Assembly (NCBI GenBank): GCA_002269645.1
Contig: NIVC01000074.1
Coordinates: forward strand, 1 to 64,000
Direction of reading: 5' to 3'
DNA from: Macrostomum lignano
Taxonomy: Eukaryota
DNA: 64,000 nucleotides
The first letter of the stretch is position 1. Each line of letters starts with the position of its first letter. Shown piece by piece: positions 21,860 through 34,679 of the stretch. The position numbers and the translations under genes were made by a program. The notes under the pieces are model-generated. The model was given only the letters and a program-made list of their open reading frames with translations. It was not told the DNA's origin and did not search any database.

Positions 21860-22590
21860 ATTGATGTCTACCTCAGCACTGTACACACTCAATGTGCACA
21901 CAGGCCCAATATTCTCTGCCCCAGTCACTGCAAATACTCAATGTGCACACAAGCCCAATATTCTCTACCCCAGTCACTGCACATACTCAATGTACACACA
22001 GGTCCTATTCCCTACCCTAGCGTTGCAGATACTGTACTCAATGTACACACAGGCCGAACTTTCTACCCCAGACACTGCACATACTCAATGTACACACAGG
22101 CCGAACTTTCTACCCCAGACACTGCTACTCAATGTACACACAGGTCCTATTCCTTACCCTAGCGTTGCAGATACTGTACTCAATGTACACACAGGCCGAA
22201 CTTTCTACCCCAGACACTGCACATACTCAATGTACACACAGGCCGAACTTTCTACCCCAGACACTGCTACTCAATGTACACACAGGTCCTATTCCCTACC
22301 CTAGCGTTGCAGATACTGTACTTAATGTACACACAGGCCTAATTTTCTACCCCAGCACTGTACATACTGAATGTACACACAAGCCCAATTTTCAGCTCCA
22401 GCACTGTACATAATGTACACACAAGCCCAATTTTCTACCCCAGCACTGTACATACTCAATGTACATACAGGCCTAATTTTCAACTCCAGCACTGTACATA
22501 CTCAATGTACACACAGGCCTAATTTACTACCCCAGCACTGTACATACTCAATGTACACACTAGCCCAGTTTTCAACTCCCAGCACTGTAC
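21860..22590. repeat. ~41-43-bp array with an ACTCAATGTACACACAGG core
   Basis: Tandem units with a ~128-bp higher-order repeat. Confidence 0.9.
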
Positions 22591-24139
22591 CATTTACCGG
22601 TACATACGACAAACTTAGAAAATAAAAAAAGATAAAAACAAAATGATCCAGTGAATTAATTTAGAGTTAGGTTATTACGCAAGAGTTAAAATCATACTTA
22701 TATCTCTAGCTTCCTATATGATTTCAACATTCGCACACAATGCGTCCAATAGATTTGTATATTTTTTTCAACTCAACCATGACACAACAGGGGAGTTTTA
22801 CAAGCGCAATAAAAAATGGCCAAAATTATTTCTTCGAATCATCGCCATCGAAATGTTGCGCACGAATTATACGAGCTATAAATAAACAAAACTAAAATAG
22901 TAGAAGTAATTAAATTTTAATGAATTTTACTACTATGGCAGACAGTTTCAGTTTTTTTAATTAGAAAAAGGCGATGTGTACCAGGAGTATAAAGGTAATT
23001 ATTAATGATTATAGTTATAGTTGATAGTTGATAACTCACTCACATTATTAGAATTATATAATTAATTACTACTTGACTTGACCAAACTGTATATAAATAT
23101 AATATTGGTTTTTGAGAAAATTTTACAAGGATGAAGTGGCGCGGGCCAGACAAAAATAATAGAAGCATTGATTATGAAAAAACGCTTAGATTAATAGTAG
23201 TATATAGTGCAAATTAAGCGGATTAGTGATAGAAGGGTAAAAGGGGCGAATTTGATTGGATAAATAAATATTATAAGTAGATTATTTTATCACACACTAG
23301 CGCACCTAGGAGCTAATCTCGGGTGCACTATTGTAATAATACTAAATATATTATTAATAATAATAATTCATACTAATATGCAGCTATGTGTCTATAAGGT
23401 TAGTTAACGCGCAAATTATATTCTTAATTTTTATCCATAAACTTTTATAGCCTATCGCGACTAACTACTTGAACACTTAATTAAGTAGCATATATACGTT
23501 GCTACTAATCGCCTAAGACACGTATATATAAAACTCTGTTTACTTAACCATCAATTACAGATCATATAAACCCATATAGAGTAGCTACTTTATTTAATTA
23601 ACTGGCCAACCAACCAACTACAACAACGAACAGACTGACGCATGCCCATCAATCAGGGAGACACAAAAAGAAAGCGCACGCAGGCTGCACACAGACAAAA
23701 AATAACTTTACGATATTTTAATCAAACAAGAGTGTGGAAATTCTAATAAATTACTCAGGTGAACACCAGGAAACAATATAAATAAATAAGCAATAAATAA
23801 ATAGATTTGGGCACCCGAAATTACTGTACAAAATCTCCGAAGTACATTCTATTTCAAAGAGAACAAAATAGGAAACATGCAGGCCTGAGCGACGCCAGTT
23901 GGATTCACAAAATAATTAATAAATAAGGGAGCGATGAAATTTCTGCTTATTGAATTAACACGTTTATACATGTTTAAGTTAAAAAGAAGAAAAATATTTT
24001 AAACTGTACAACAGATGGTATGTTCAGCGTGTCTGGCTTGTTATCTTTTAATTATTAATAACTGTTGCTACGAGAATTTGAAATAAATAACTCGATTTTA
24101 ATGTTGCTCCCTTCAATTAGTATAGGACTCAGTTTTATG

Positions 24140-24480
24140 TCCATTGAATGTACATTGGGGGCAGGCCGGAAGGAATTGAATGTACTTTGGGGGGAGGGGG
24201 GGCAGGCTGCTAGGGAGTGAATGTACATTGGGGGGCAGGCAGGTAGGGATTGACTGTACATTAGGGCAGGCCGGTAGGAAGTGAATGTACATTGGGGCAG
24301 GCCGGTAGGGAGTGAATGTACATTGGGGGGCAGGCAGGTAGGGATTGATTGTACATTAGGGCAGGCCGGTAGGAAGTGAATGTACATTGGGGCAGGCCGG
24401 TAGGGAGTGAATGTACATTGGGGGGCAGGCAGGTAGGGATTGACTGTACATTGGGGCAGGCCGGTAGAGAGTGAATGTAC
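24140..24480. repeat. ~31-bp G-rich array GTACATTGGGGCAGGCCGGTAGGGAGTGAAT
   Basis: ~10 units, downstream of the PPM1 stop codon. Confidence 0.92.
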
Positions 24481-25282
24481 AGTGAAGGCGCAAAGTCGTT
24501 GCATTTCAAAGCGAGCAACACTTCAATTGAAATTACGTAAACCCCAGTAACCAGTACTGAATGAAACATTCGGTTAACAAACAAAGCAATAAACACTTTC
24601 TTGAGTAAACAGCAAATATGGCTGGGCAATGGACACAAAATCATTAGCTCTTTTGAAAAATTAAAATTACAAACAGTTCACAAAAATAACCCGAAAATAC
24701 GCTCGTGCAAGATGTAAACAAAGAATTACCCCGAGAGTATAAGATAACACAAAGACTTGGGATGGTTTATACAATTACAGTGCAAAACACAACAACGCAC
24801 AACACTGGGCAGTTTTGCTTAAAACGATCGCGAAATTTCGGTTCGAACTAAACTTGAAATTATTTCAGCAAGCACAAAAACACAGTTTGAACAAAATCAT
24901 GTACACAAACAAATAACACAAATATAAGTAATGAAATGGCAAACATAATTTTAACTTAAAATAAATTAAATATTAAAACACACCGCAAACTTTACTAACA
25001 ATTTCTTGATTACATCGATATACGAGTATAAAGATAATATATATGCGCACTTTACTAATACAAGTAGCAGAAATGGCGGTAGTAAAAAACAAGACGGGTG
25101 GAAAATCAATTATAGCTACCCGAGCAGATCACACTTATTGTCATAGCTCGTATTGATTTCTTTTTTTCGAAATTTCGATTATTTTGTCTCATTAAAACTA
25201 TTTTTTTAGTAGAAGTTCAATTTGTAATGAGTCAATCGGTCACAAGGCAGACAAAGCGACAGCTCGGGGAAATCAATTGTTT

Positions 25283-25382
25283 TCAGAATCCGCGGTCGCC
25301 GTGAGACTCTTGTGCGTCTCCTCGATTATCGGAATTCTGGAATGCGTTGCAAAAGTTCTCCATCACAGTCACCAGCGAATAA
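25283..25382 (-). CDS. PPM1A/PPM1B: PPM1A/B probable terminal exon ([11 protein letters not shown]...DRGF*)
   Basis: Of the nearby acceptors I tested, only this one (gaacag, phase 2) gives a plausible-length C-terminus. Confidence 0.6.
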
Positions 25383-28300
25383 CTGTTCGAGTTCGGGAGG
25401 TTTTAAGAGCAAGGGTAGCTGATCCACAAACTGGATCTGGGAGGCTGGGCCAGCAACTGGGGGATCTTGGAGGCTGGCCAAGCAACTGACACTCTGGGAG
25501 GCTGGTGCCCCAGCAACTGAGGATCTGAGAGGCTGGCCCAGCAACTGACACTCTGGGAGGCTGGTGCCCCAGCAACTAAGGATCTGAGAGGCTGGCCCAG
25601 CAACTGAGGATCTGGGAGGCTGGCCAAGCAACTGACACTCTGGGAGGCTGGTGCCCCAGCAACTGAGGATCTGAGAGGCTGGCCCAGCAACTGACACTCT
25701 GGGAGGCTGGTGCCCCAGCAACTAAGGATCTGAGAGGCTGGCCCAGCAACTGACACTCTGGGAGGCTGGTGCCCAAGCAACTAAGGATCTGAGAGGCTGG
25801 CCCAGCAACTGACACTCTGGGAGGCTGGTGCCCCAGCAACTAAGGATCTGAGAGGCTGGCCCAGCAACTGAGGATCTGGGAGGCTGGCCCAGCAACTGAC
25901 ACTCTGGGAGGCTGGCCCAGTAACTGACACTCTGGGAGGCTGGTGCCCCAGCAACTGGAAGATATGGGAGGCTGGCCAAGCAACTGAGGATCTGGGAGGT
26001 TGGCCCAGCAACTGACACTCTGGGAGGCTGGCCAAGCAACTGACACTCTGGGAGGCTGGCCCAGTAACTGACACTCTGGGAGGCTGGTGCCCCAGCAACT
26101 GAGGATCTGAGAGGCTGGCCCAGCAACTGACACTCTGGGAGGCTGGTGCCCCAGCAACTAAGGATCTGAGAGGCTGGCCCAGCAACTGACACTCTGGGAG
26201 GCTGGTGCCCCAGCAACTAAGAATCTGAGAGGCTGGCCCAGCAACTGACACTCTGGGAGGCTGGTGCCCCAGCAACTAAGGATCTGAGAGGCTGGCCCAG
26301 CAACTGAGGATCTGGGAGGCTGGCCCAGCAACTGACACTCTGGGAGGCTGGCCCAGTAACTGACACTCTGGGAGGCTGGCCCAGTAACTGACACTCTGGG
26401 AGGCTGGTGCCCCAGCAACTGGGAGATATGGGAGGCTGGCCAAGCAACTGAGGATCTGGGAGGCTGGCCCAGCAACTGACACTCTGGGAGGCTGGCCAAG
26501 CAACTGACACTCTGGGAGGCTGGCCCAGTAACTGACACTCTGGGAGGCTGGTGCCCCAGCAACTGGGAGATATGGGAGGCTGGCCAAGCAACTGACACTC
26601 TGGGAGGCTGGCCCAGTAACTGACACTCTGGGAGGCTGGCCCAGCAACTGAGGATCTGGGAGGCTAGCCAAGCAACTGAGGATCTGGGAGGCTGGCCAAG
26701 CAACTGATTATCTGGGAGGCAGATGGCTCAACAACTGAGGATCTGGAAGTCTGGCCCAGCAACTGGGGGATCTGGGAGGCTGGTGGCCCAGCAACTGAGG
26801 ATCTGGGAGGATGGCCCAGCAACTGAGGATGTTAGAATCTGGGTATGACCAAGAGGCACTCACTTGCTAGCTAGCCCGCCCCCAGGTGGCATGGTTTCAT
26901 CCTGCAGCTTCTCCTTGACGTGGCTGAACAGCTGCATCAGATCTAGATTAGGTGATGCCTCCATTTTATCCTTAACAGTTTTAACAATTTTTTCGTTCAG
27001 TTGTTTGTCAGCCTCGACAGCTTCGGGATCGACCTGTGAATTACGAGTGAGAAAATCGCATTAAACAAACTTGATAACTGGAAAACTGAGGCAGCTTGGA
27101 AGTGCTTCGTAACAGATTCCATTCGAAATTCCCCCTCCCCCCCCCAAGTACGATTCCCGGTTCAAAGTGAAATTCGACGTTGTGAAACTGTGAAAGTGTA
27201 ATTCGTCATTGTGAAAGTGTAATTCGTAATTGTGAAAGTGTAATTCGTAATTGTAAAAGTGAAATTCAACGTTGTGAAGCGACACTTTTTTCAAAACATG
27301 TACCAGCAAACATGCAGATTTATCTGTATTCATTAAGGGATAGCATATTATCATGTTGCAGAATTCGTGATCAATAATATATTATATTATATTTGAATGT
27401 TATACAAAAATATCAAGGAGCTACTTTCATAGAAACGAAAGGGGGGCCGTAGCCCAGCGGTAGCGCAGCTGCTCTGGTGTGCCAGCAACCCAGGCTCGAT
27501 TCCAAGTGCAGTCACATTAATTTGGGGCTGAATTGGAATCTCGGCTTGGCTCTCTGCTCGTGCAATTAACGGCCTTGAGAGCCAACCCCCCAAGGCGCAG
27601 TGAAGTGCACATGCCTAACGATAATATAGAGTTAGGGCCGCTGTACACTCCTGTGTGAGTGTGTGCCTGCGTACGTATCCGCGCGTACGTGTCTTAGTCG
27701 GCGGAATGGGCAGTAATGCCTCTCGCCGGTTGTATGCCTATGTCGCTTAAAGTGCGCCAGGGTGCACACAACCCCCCTGCCTCTAATAATAAAAGAATTC
27801 ATAAAAACGCACGAATTCTGTAACACGGTCGTATGTTTGAAAGTGAAAGGCAGCTGTACACTCGGTGTGACATGATATCGGGGAATAACTAATAAATAAA
27901 CCATTACCTTGGCCGCATTATCGAATGCAATAATAATAACGCTCATATTGTCGCGACTGCCCTTGTGCAGGCAGGTATCGACAACTTCGTTGCACACGTG
28001 AGACAAATTGTCGGAGACGCGCGTCCGATGCAGAACAAAGTTGCACAGCTCTTCATTAGACATCACGTCCCAGATGCCATCGCAGGCGAGCACAACAAAT
28101 TGATCGGCGGCTTGGTCCCGGTCTATAGCAAAGATTTCTGGCTCCGGGGATACCAGCTGCTCAGTGGGGCCGCGGTTTGACACGTTTTTGTACTCAAAAT
28201 CGCCTAGGGATCTGCTGACGGCTAGGGATCCGTTTACCTGGATTACAGGGTAAGTTGGGAATGGGAGCTGCGATTAGGTGTGGGAGCAGGGATATATGAC

Positions 28301-30677
28301 TACCTGGGTAACAGGTATATGACTACCTGGGTAACAGGTATATGACTACCTGGGTAACAGGTATATGACTACCTGGGTAACAGGTATATGACTACCTGGG
28401 TAACAGGTATATGACTACCTGGGTAACAGGTATATGACTACCTGGGTAACAGGTATATGACTACCTGTGTAACAGGTATATGACTACCTGGGTAACAGGT
28501 ATATGACTACCTGGGTAACAGGCATATGACTACCTGGGGAACAGGTGTATATGAGCTGATTCACCACCTGGGGACCAGGTAAACAAGTTAAATAGCCACA
28601 AAACAAGCCAAACCACTGCATCACAAGTATCAGAGACACGAACCCTTTGAATCATAACGGATCCTCCAGCCTTCTGAATCCGGTCCCTCTCCCCAGGATT
28701 AATAGGCTTGTGATCCGTGGTAGCCAATGCCACGCTGCCGCCGCGCACCAGGACGCCGCGTGAATCGCCGCAATTAGCAAAGAAAATGTGCGACGGCGAA
28801 ATTAAAACGCAAACGGCAGTGCTGCCGCTCTTATCTTCGCCAATTTCCACCTGAGATAAGGTAGAGGAGGTGATAATTACCCAATTAATTATTTATTTCC
28901 CAGCCCAGGGCAGAGTAAGACTATACTTCAAATTTGGTGCATTTTTCTCGCCCTAATGAATGAAAATTAACATAATCACTATCTCGCCTACCTGAGTGTA
29001 CATTGTCTGACTCGTCTAGCTAAATGTACATTGTCTGACTCACCTACCTGAATGTACATTGTCTGAATCACCTACCTGAATGTACATTGCCTGACTCGCC
29101 TACCTAAATGTACATTATCTGACTCGCCTACCTGAATGTACATTATCTGACTCGCCTACCTGAATGTACATTGTCTGATTCACCTACCTGAATGTACATT
29201 ATCTGACTCGCCTACCTGAATGTACATTGTCTGATTCACCTACCTGAATGTACATTGTCTGACTCGCCTACCTGAATGTACATTATCTGACTCGCCTACC
29301 TGAATGTACATTGTCTGATTCACCTACCTGAATGTACATTATCTGATTCACCTACCTGAATGTACATTATCTGACTCGCCTACCTGAATGTACATTGTCT
29401 GATTCACCTACCTGAATGTACATTGTCTGACTCGCCTACCTGAATGTACATTATTTGACTCGCCTACATGAATGTACATTATCTGACTCGCCTACATGAA
29501 TGTACATTATCTGACTCGACTACCTGAATGTACATTATATTATCTGACTCGCCTACCTGAATGTACATTATCTGACTCACCTACCTGAGTGTACATTATC
29601 TGACTCGCCTACCTGAATGTACATTATCTGACTCGCCTACCTAAATGCACATTATCTGACTCGCCTACCTGAATGTACATTATTTGACTCGCCTACATGA
29701 ATATACATTATCTGACTCGCCTACATGAATGTACATTATCTGACTCGACTACCTGAATGTACATTATATTATCTGACTCGCCTACCTGAATGTACATTAT
29801 CTGACTCACCTACCTGAGTGTACATTATCTGACTCGCCTACCTGAATGTACATTATCTGACTCGCCTACCTAAATGCACATTATCTGACTCGCCTACCTG
29901 AATGTACATTGTCTGATTCACCTACCTGAATGTACATTATCTGACTCGCCTACCTGAATGTACATTGTCTGATTCACCTACCTGAATGTACATTGTCTGA
30001 CTCGCCTACCTGAATGTACATTATTTGACTCGCCTACATGAATGTACATTATCTGACTCGCCTACATGAATGTACATTATCTGACTCGACTACCTGAATG
30101 TACATTGTCTGACTCGCCTACCTGAATGTACATTATTTGACTCGCCTACATGAATGTACATTATCTGACTCGCCTACATGAATGTACATTATCTGACTCG
30201 CCTACAAGAATGTACACTAGCTGACTCGACTATCTGAATGTCTATCTCATGTTTATCTCATATCAATTCTATACTTGCTACTGAATAGACAGTAGCATAA
30301 AAAGCACATAAAAAGCAAACCTCAGGAATTTGACGCATCCGACTGTCTAGATTAAGAAATCCATCCGTGATGCCTCGCTTCACATCATCCAAAGGTGGCG
30401 CAGCTTCCGGGTCTAATTCACGAAAGTCGTCAGTCTCAACGATTGCATTAAGCAATTGTTCGGCACAATAGGCGCTGATCCTAGCCCCAGCGTGGCCATC
30501 GAATACGGCAAAGAATGACCATTTAGACAGGTTGCCAGGCAGCCCAGTAACGGCGCAATGAGCGTCCTCCATCTCGATACGCCAGCCCTGCATGCTGGAC
30601 AGGCCATAAACTAGGCCATTGCCGGTTCCAGATTCGTTCACCTTGTCAGTTTTCGGCTTGTCAAGAAAGGCACCCAT
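25283..30677 (-). CDS. PPM1A/PPM1B: Protein phosphatase 1A/1B-like (PP2C, Mg/Mn-dependent); whole spliced gene, ~387 aa
   Basis: Exons 30677-30321, 28850-28644, 28237-27908, 27033-26864, 25382-25283 (last is less certain). N-terminus [74 protein letters not shown]. Confidence 0.94.
25435..26830. repeat. Compound 26-33-bp array CCCAGCAACTGACACTCTGGGAGGCTGG / CCCAGCAACTGAGGATCTGAGAGGCTGG (PPM1 intron 4)
   Basis: Alternating variant units. Confidence 0.95.
26864..27033 (-). CDS. PPM1A/PPM1B: PPM1A/B coding exon 4 (C-terminal helical domain)
   Basis: ttcacag / gtgagt; [12 protein letters not shown]...PPGGGLAS. Confidence 0.9.
27441..27795 (+). mobile_element. tRNA-derived SINE, family 1 (copy A), in PPM1 intron 3
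   Basis: GGGGGCCG start, A-box TAGCCCAGCGG, B-box GGCTCGATTCC (27493-27503), A-rich tail; near-TSD TTCATAGAAACG (27426-37) / TTCATAAAAACG (27798-809); highly similar to the copies at 35947 and 56690. Confidence 0.8.
27908..28237 (-). CDS. PPM1A/PPM1B: PPM1A/B coding exon 3
   Basis: aatccag / gtaatg; [13 protein letters not shown]...DNAAK. Confidence 0.93.
28305..28550. repeat. 23-bp self-complementary array CAGGTATATGACTACCTGGGTAA (PPM1 intron 2)
   Basis: ~10 units, each with a CAGGTA...TACCTG stem. Confidence 0.94.
28644..28850 (-). CDS. PPM1A/PPM1B: PPM1A/B coding exon 2
   Basis: atctcag / gttcgt; [13 protein letters not shown]...VMIQR. Confidence 0.93.
28975..30245. repeat. 28-bp array CTGACTCGCCTACCTGAATGTACATTAT (PPM1 intron 1)
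   Basis: ~44 units. Confidence 0.96.
30321..30677 (-). CDS. PPM1A/PPM1B: PPM1A/B coding exon 1
   Basis: [10 protein letters not shown]...RQIPE; donor GAG|gtttgc. Confidence 0.94.
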
Positions 30678-31841
30678 TATTATTGTTGTTATGTATTTTT
30701 TCTTTACTTTCTTTGAGAGATAAATTACTGATTGGTTTTATACATGCAATAAATTACGTTTGAATTCAATAATAAAGCATTTTAATCACTCAAAAGCAGT
30801 TATTTTACTGCACTATATAAATTACCTGATAGGTGAAAACTTCTCTATTGGAATAGAATTAAATAATACATGGATGGTGACCTAGGTGTGTGAAGCCCAC
30901 ATACATGCACTCACTTGCACAAATTTGATTCTTAAGTTGCTTTCCTAGTACTAATTTATAATCATTTTTTATAAAACCTAGCAATAGGAGATTGCAGATA
31001 GCTAAAGCTCACTCAGAGATGGACTTCTAATTTTTTTGTATATTTAGTCACATTTAAAAGGAATAGGTTGTATAGGGCTGCTGCTCATAACAGAGGGACT
31101 CAATGTTGGGGCAAAAGAACCCAAGCCCAATAGCAAAACATTATCAAAGTTTTCATCAGTCAGTTGGATATGTAGGAGGCTTTTTATAAGCTTCATTTTG
31201 CTAAATTGCTATGAAGGTGCATGTACTAGCAAAGATTTCTATGAGCATAAAAAGAAAAAGCTGGGGAAATACCCTTTGTCTAAGTCTTTCACAAAGAACT
31301 ATTATAGCAAGGGTTATAGCTACAGACCAAGCCATTATTGCACTGCAGCTTTACAACTTTCATTTGGAATGACACAAGTAGAACATCAATAAAAAGGTGA
31401 AGGGAAAAGATAAAAGTACAAGTTGAAACTTGCTAGCAGTCTGATGCATTGGAACTTTGTATTTAACTGATCCTATAGACAGGAAGTATAAGATCTTTCC
31501 ATTTCTTCACTTTTCTGGTCCAACCCCCTAGTTGAGAACTCAGTTCTTGGCCAAGGCAAAGCCATAGAGCCTGACTGGGATCCCGATCCCAACTTGGTCA
31601 GGACCCTAGTGTTTTTTTCAGATTCTCGAACATGTTGGGAGTAAGTGTTGGGAGTTGGGAAAAGTCAGGCAGGATTAATAAAGAGTTTTTACATTTTAAT
31701 TAAACCATAAAAATCATTTAGAAGCGATTTTGAAAGGACTAAATGAGGCAAGTATGCCAAATTGATTCGTTTATTTAGTTTGAGGTTATTTTGATTTTCT
31801 AGAATATGTTTACATAAATGAATCAATTAACTTACTCAAAT

Positions 31842-32137
31842 CATACATGCGCAACCTCCGAAATTTGGTTGGCCATGCGACTTAGTTTTAACAAAAATGC
31901 AACATAGTTTTTGGCCAAAAATGCAACTTACATGTAAAAAACACTAAGCAAAATTACCGCAACTTTGGGTAAATGGCAAGAGTAACTATGACTGTCTTAT
32001 TAAGCCAAAATGCCTCATCAGCTACTGAGTACTACTACTTGGTTATTTTTTCAGGTGGGCATTTTTGCAACTTCCTTGGTTGGTTGCCAAATTGGTCAGC
32101 CAGATTGGCCAACTTGGCCAACTATTGCACATGTATG
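31842..32137. mobile_element. hAT-type MITE, copy 1 (CpG-decayed)
   Basis: TIR CATACATGCGCAA ... TTGCACATGTATG; perfect 8-bp TSD ACTCAAAT (31834-41 / 32138-45). Confidence 0.85.
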
Positions 32138-32260
32138 ACTCAAATAAAAAGTAATTGAAAAGCATGATTTTGTGCTTAAGGTGTTATTCGATCATCTATA
32201 ATTACTGGAAATATTAACAAAATGAAAAATATAAAGTTTAGTGCAGAAAAATATGACAAT

Positions 32261-32559
32261 CATACATGCGCAACCTCCAAAATTCGGTCGGCCATGCGAC
32301 TTAGTTTTAACAAAAATGCGACGTAGTTTTTGGCCAAAAAATGCGACTTACATGTAATAAAAACCCTAAAGCAAAATTAACACAACTTTGGGTAAACGGC
32401 AGGAGTAACTATAACTGTCTTATTAGGTTAAAATGCCTCGTCAGCTCCTTAGTAATACTACTTTGGTATTTTTCGGGTGGGCATTTTTGCGACTTCCTTG
32501 ATTGACTGCCAAATCGGTCGGCCGGATCGGCCGACTCGGCCGACTGTTGCGCATGTATG
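32261..32559. mobile_element. hAT-type MITE, copy 2 (CpG-intact)
   Basis: TIR CATACATGCGCAAC ... GTTGCGCATGTATG; perfect 8-bp TSD ATGACAAT (32253-60 / 32560-67). Confidence 0.87.
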
Positions 32560-34241
32560 ATGACAATAGTCAAATAGAGCAAGGTTGAGGTTTGAAATTC
32601 ACTAACTCGACCAACAACTACTCAACAAAACTTAACTTGAACTCCCAAAGTTTGGTCAACTACTTGACTTGACCAAAACCTGAGTTTGTCTGGGCTCTAC
32701 ACTTTAGTAGTACTAACTTATACTAAACTACAAGTTAGGCTACTATAGAAATAGTAATATCACTTGACTAGGGCCTACTTATATGAATTAATAAACATGT
32801 CTACTGGCCTATATATTATAGTAATAAATGCATCCTTAGCTATCGTATACCTAAATAAGTCTGGATGCCAATGGTAGACCTTGATCCCAATCTTGACCAA
32901 TCCTGAGTCCCAACTTTTTGAATCAAATCCTACCCAATCTTGCCTAACCAGATTTTGCTTATCCCAGTTGGGCTCTACAAAGCCAAAATCTTTCCAAGAC
33001 AAAATTATGATTATCAAGAAAAAAAATAAACCAGACTATTTAATTGGAGTTGGAGCAGTAAGTGGGCACAAGGCCTGAACCAGTATATGTATGACATTAA
33101 ATTGCAGGGGGGGGGGGGTTGAATTGAAGATACTGAAGAGAGGGGTGGAGTGCATGACTAAAGAGAGAGGTGAGAATGGAGAGCCAATCAGAAGGTAGCA
33201 AGGGAGAAAGAGATAAGAATAACAAGATTGAGCTAGACAGAGACAGAAAACAGAGTAAACAGAGACAAGTGAAGGTGAACTAAGAAATGAATAAGAAAGT
33301 TGCAACAATGGTCTTATTGAAACTGCAACTATTTTATCTACCTAAAGTTCAAGAAGTCTAAGTAGGCTAATATTGAAATAATGTGATGAATAAATGAAGT
33401 GATCAAAATAGGCCTATTAAGTACTAATATTTTAAATATTAATAGCTAGATACTCTAAGTCTAACTTATAGTCATAAATCATAACTTTGTCATTAACCAA
33501 TCAGTGAAATTAGCTATAAAAAAGCTTTGTAATATAGATAATATTGCATACAAGACTAAGCTTAGAAATTTAGACAACATATTCTATTTTAAGTGATACC
33601 ACACTCAAGATCATGTCATGTATACCGGAAATTTCTGGCGCACATTAGGGACAGGTGGTGTACACTTGGCGCACAAAATTTTTGAAAGGGTCTTTTGGCA
33701 TACACCTTGGCATATATACAATTGGTGTACCCTACATGGTGCACACACATGGCGTGCACTGCATGGCACACATGAGGAGGCTATGCCATAGCTATTGCAA
33801 AAGACAAAATCAAAGAATGTAAAGTATATGAAGTATGAAATTTCACACAAAGTTTAACAATGATTTCGCAAATATATTGTAATGACAATTGACAACTGTT
33901 GCTTCATTTAAAATATTCTCTAAATTGTGTTTTATTTCTTCTTTTTATTCTTTATTTCTGAAATTAAAAACAATTCTTCAAATCTTCAATTTATAATCTT
34001 TACTTGCAATTACATGAAACATTACAACTTGTACAATATATCGTGATTTTGTGTATATTGCGCATTTTTTACATTAGAATTAGGATTTAGGACTGGCGCA
34101 CCTGACACACTTGTATATTTTGCCTGGCATAGGCCTACCTGGCGCACACCAAAAAATTTTTTGGGGTGGCTTCCAGTGCACACATAGCATGATCCTGACT
34201 ATGGAAGTGATATTGATAAATAAATGCCAACTTGCTAAGTC

Positions 34242-34679
34242 GGCGATCATGAACTTTCTCGCGTTTAATTATTTTTTTATCTTGTTCGTAACCTTTAAGT
34301 GCGGGGTGATGAAAATTAGTATTATTAAAGTTCAGGGGCATAAAAAACACTAGGTACCACGATTATTAGTTAATAAAGAGTCACAGTCAGCAGGGGTAGT
34401 AGTGGCAGATCCAGAATAGGATGTGTCCGAACTGCAGATTTGGGAATGTCCGGCGCCACATAAATTCCTGGAGATATGTCTTGAACAGGCCATTGGAGGT
34501 GCCGTGCATCGCTCGGAACTTCGCCTTGCAGTTCCCCCACATGCCCTTGACGGTGTTTGTGTGGGCATCCGGATTGGCAGGGTCATGGAAGTGGAGCGAG
34601 TGGTTGACGGTAATGTGGTAAGCTGGAAATTTATGAACAAGATAAAAAATAATTAAACGCGGGAAAGTTCATGATTGCC
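34242..34679 (-). mobile_element. Merlin (IS1595/IS1016-like) non-autonomous deletion derivative carrying the transposase C-terminus
   Basis: ~49-bp TIRs starting GGCGA/GGCAA, perfect 8-bp TSD GCTAAGTC; minus-strand 34623-34387 encodes HITVNHSLHFHDP...HTNTVKGMWGNCKAKFR...YLQEFMWRR. Confidence 0.85.

Noticed and set aside
27441-27515. tRNA genes at 27441, 35947, 56690 (minus) and 60635
   Set aside because: A/B boxes are present but there is no complete cloverleaf, and each continues into a shared ~300-bp body with an A-rich tail, i.e. a SINE head
33606-34197. Possible MITE bounded by CAAGATCATG / CATGATCCTG with internal TGGCGCAC motifs
   Set aside because: The terminal match is short and imperfect and the flanks (ACCACACT / ACTATGGA) give no TSD; probably fragments of older elements
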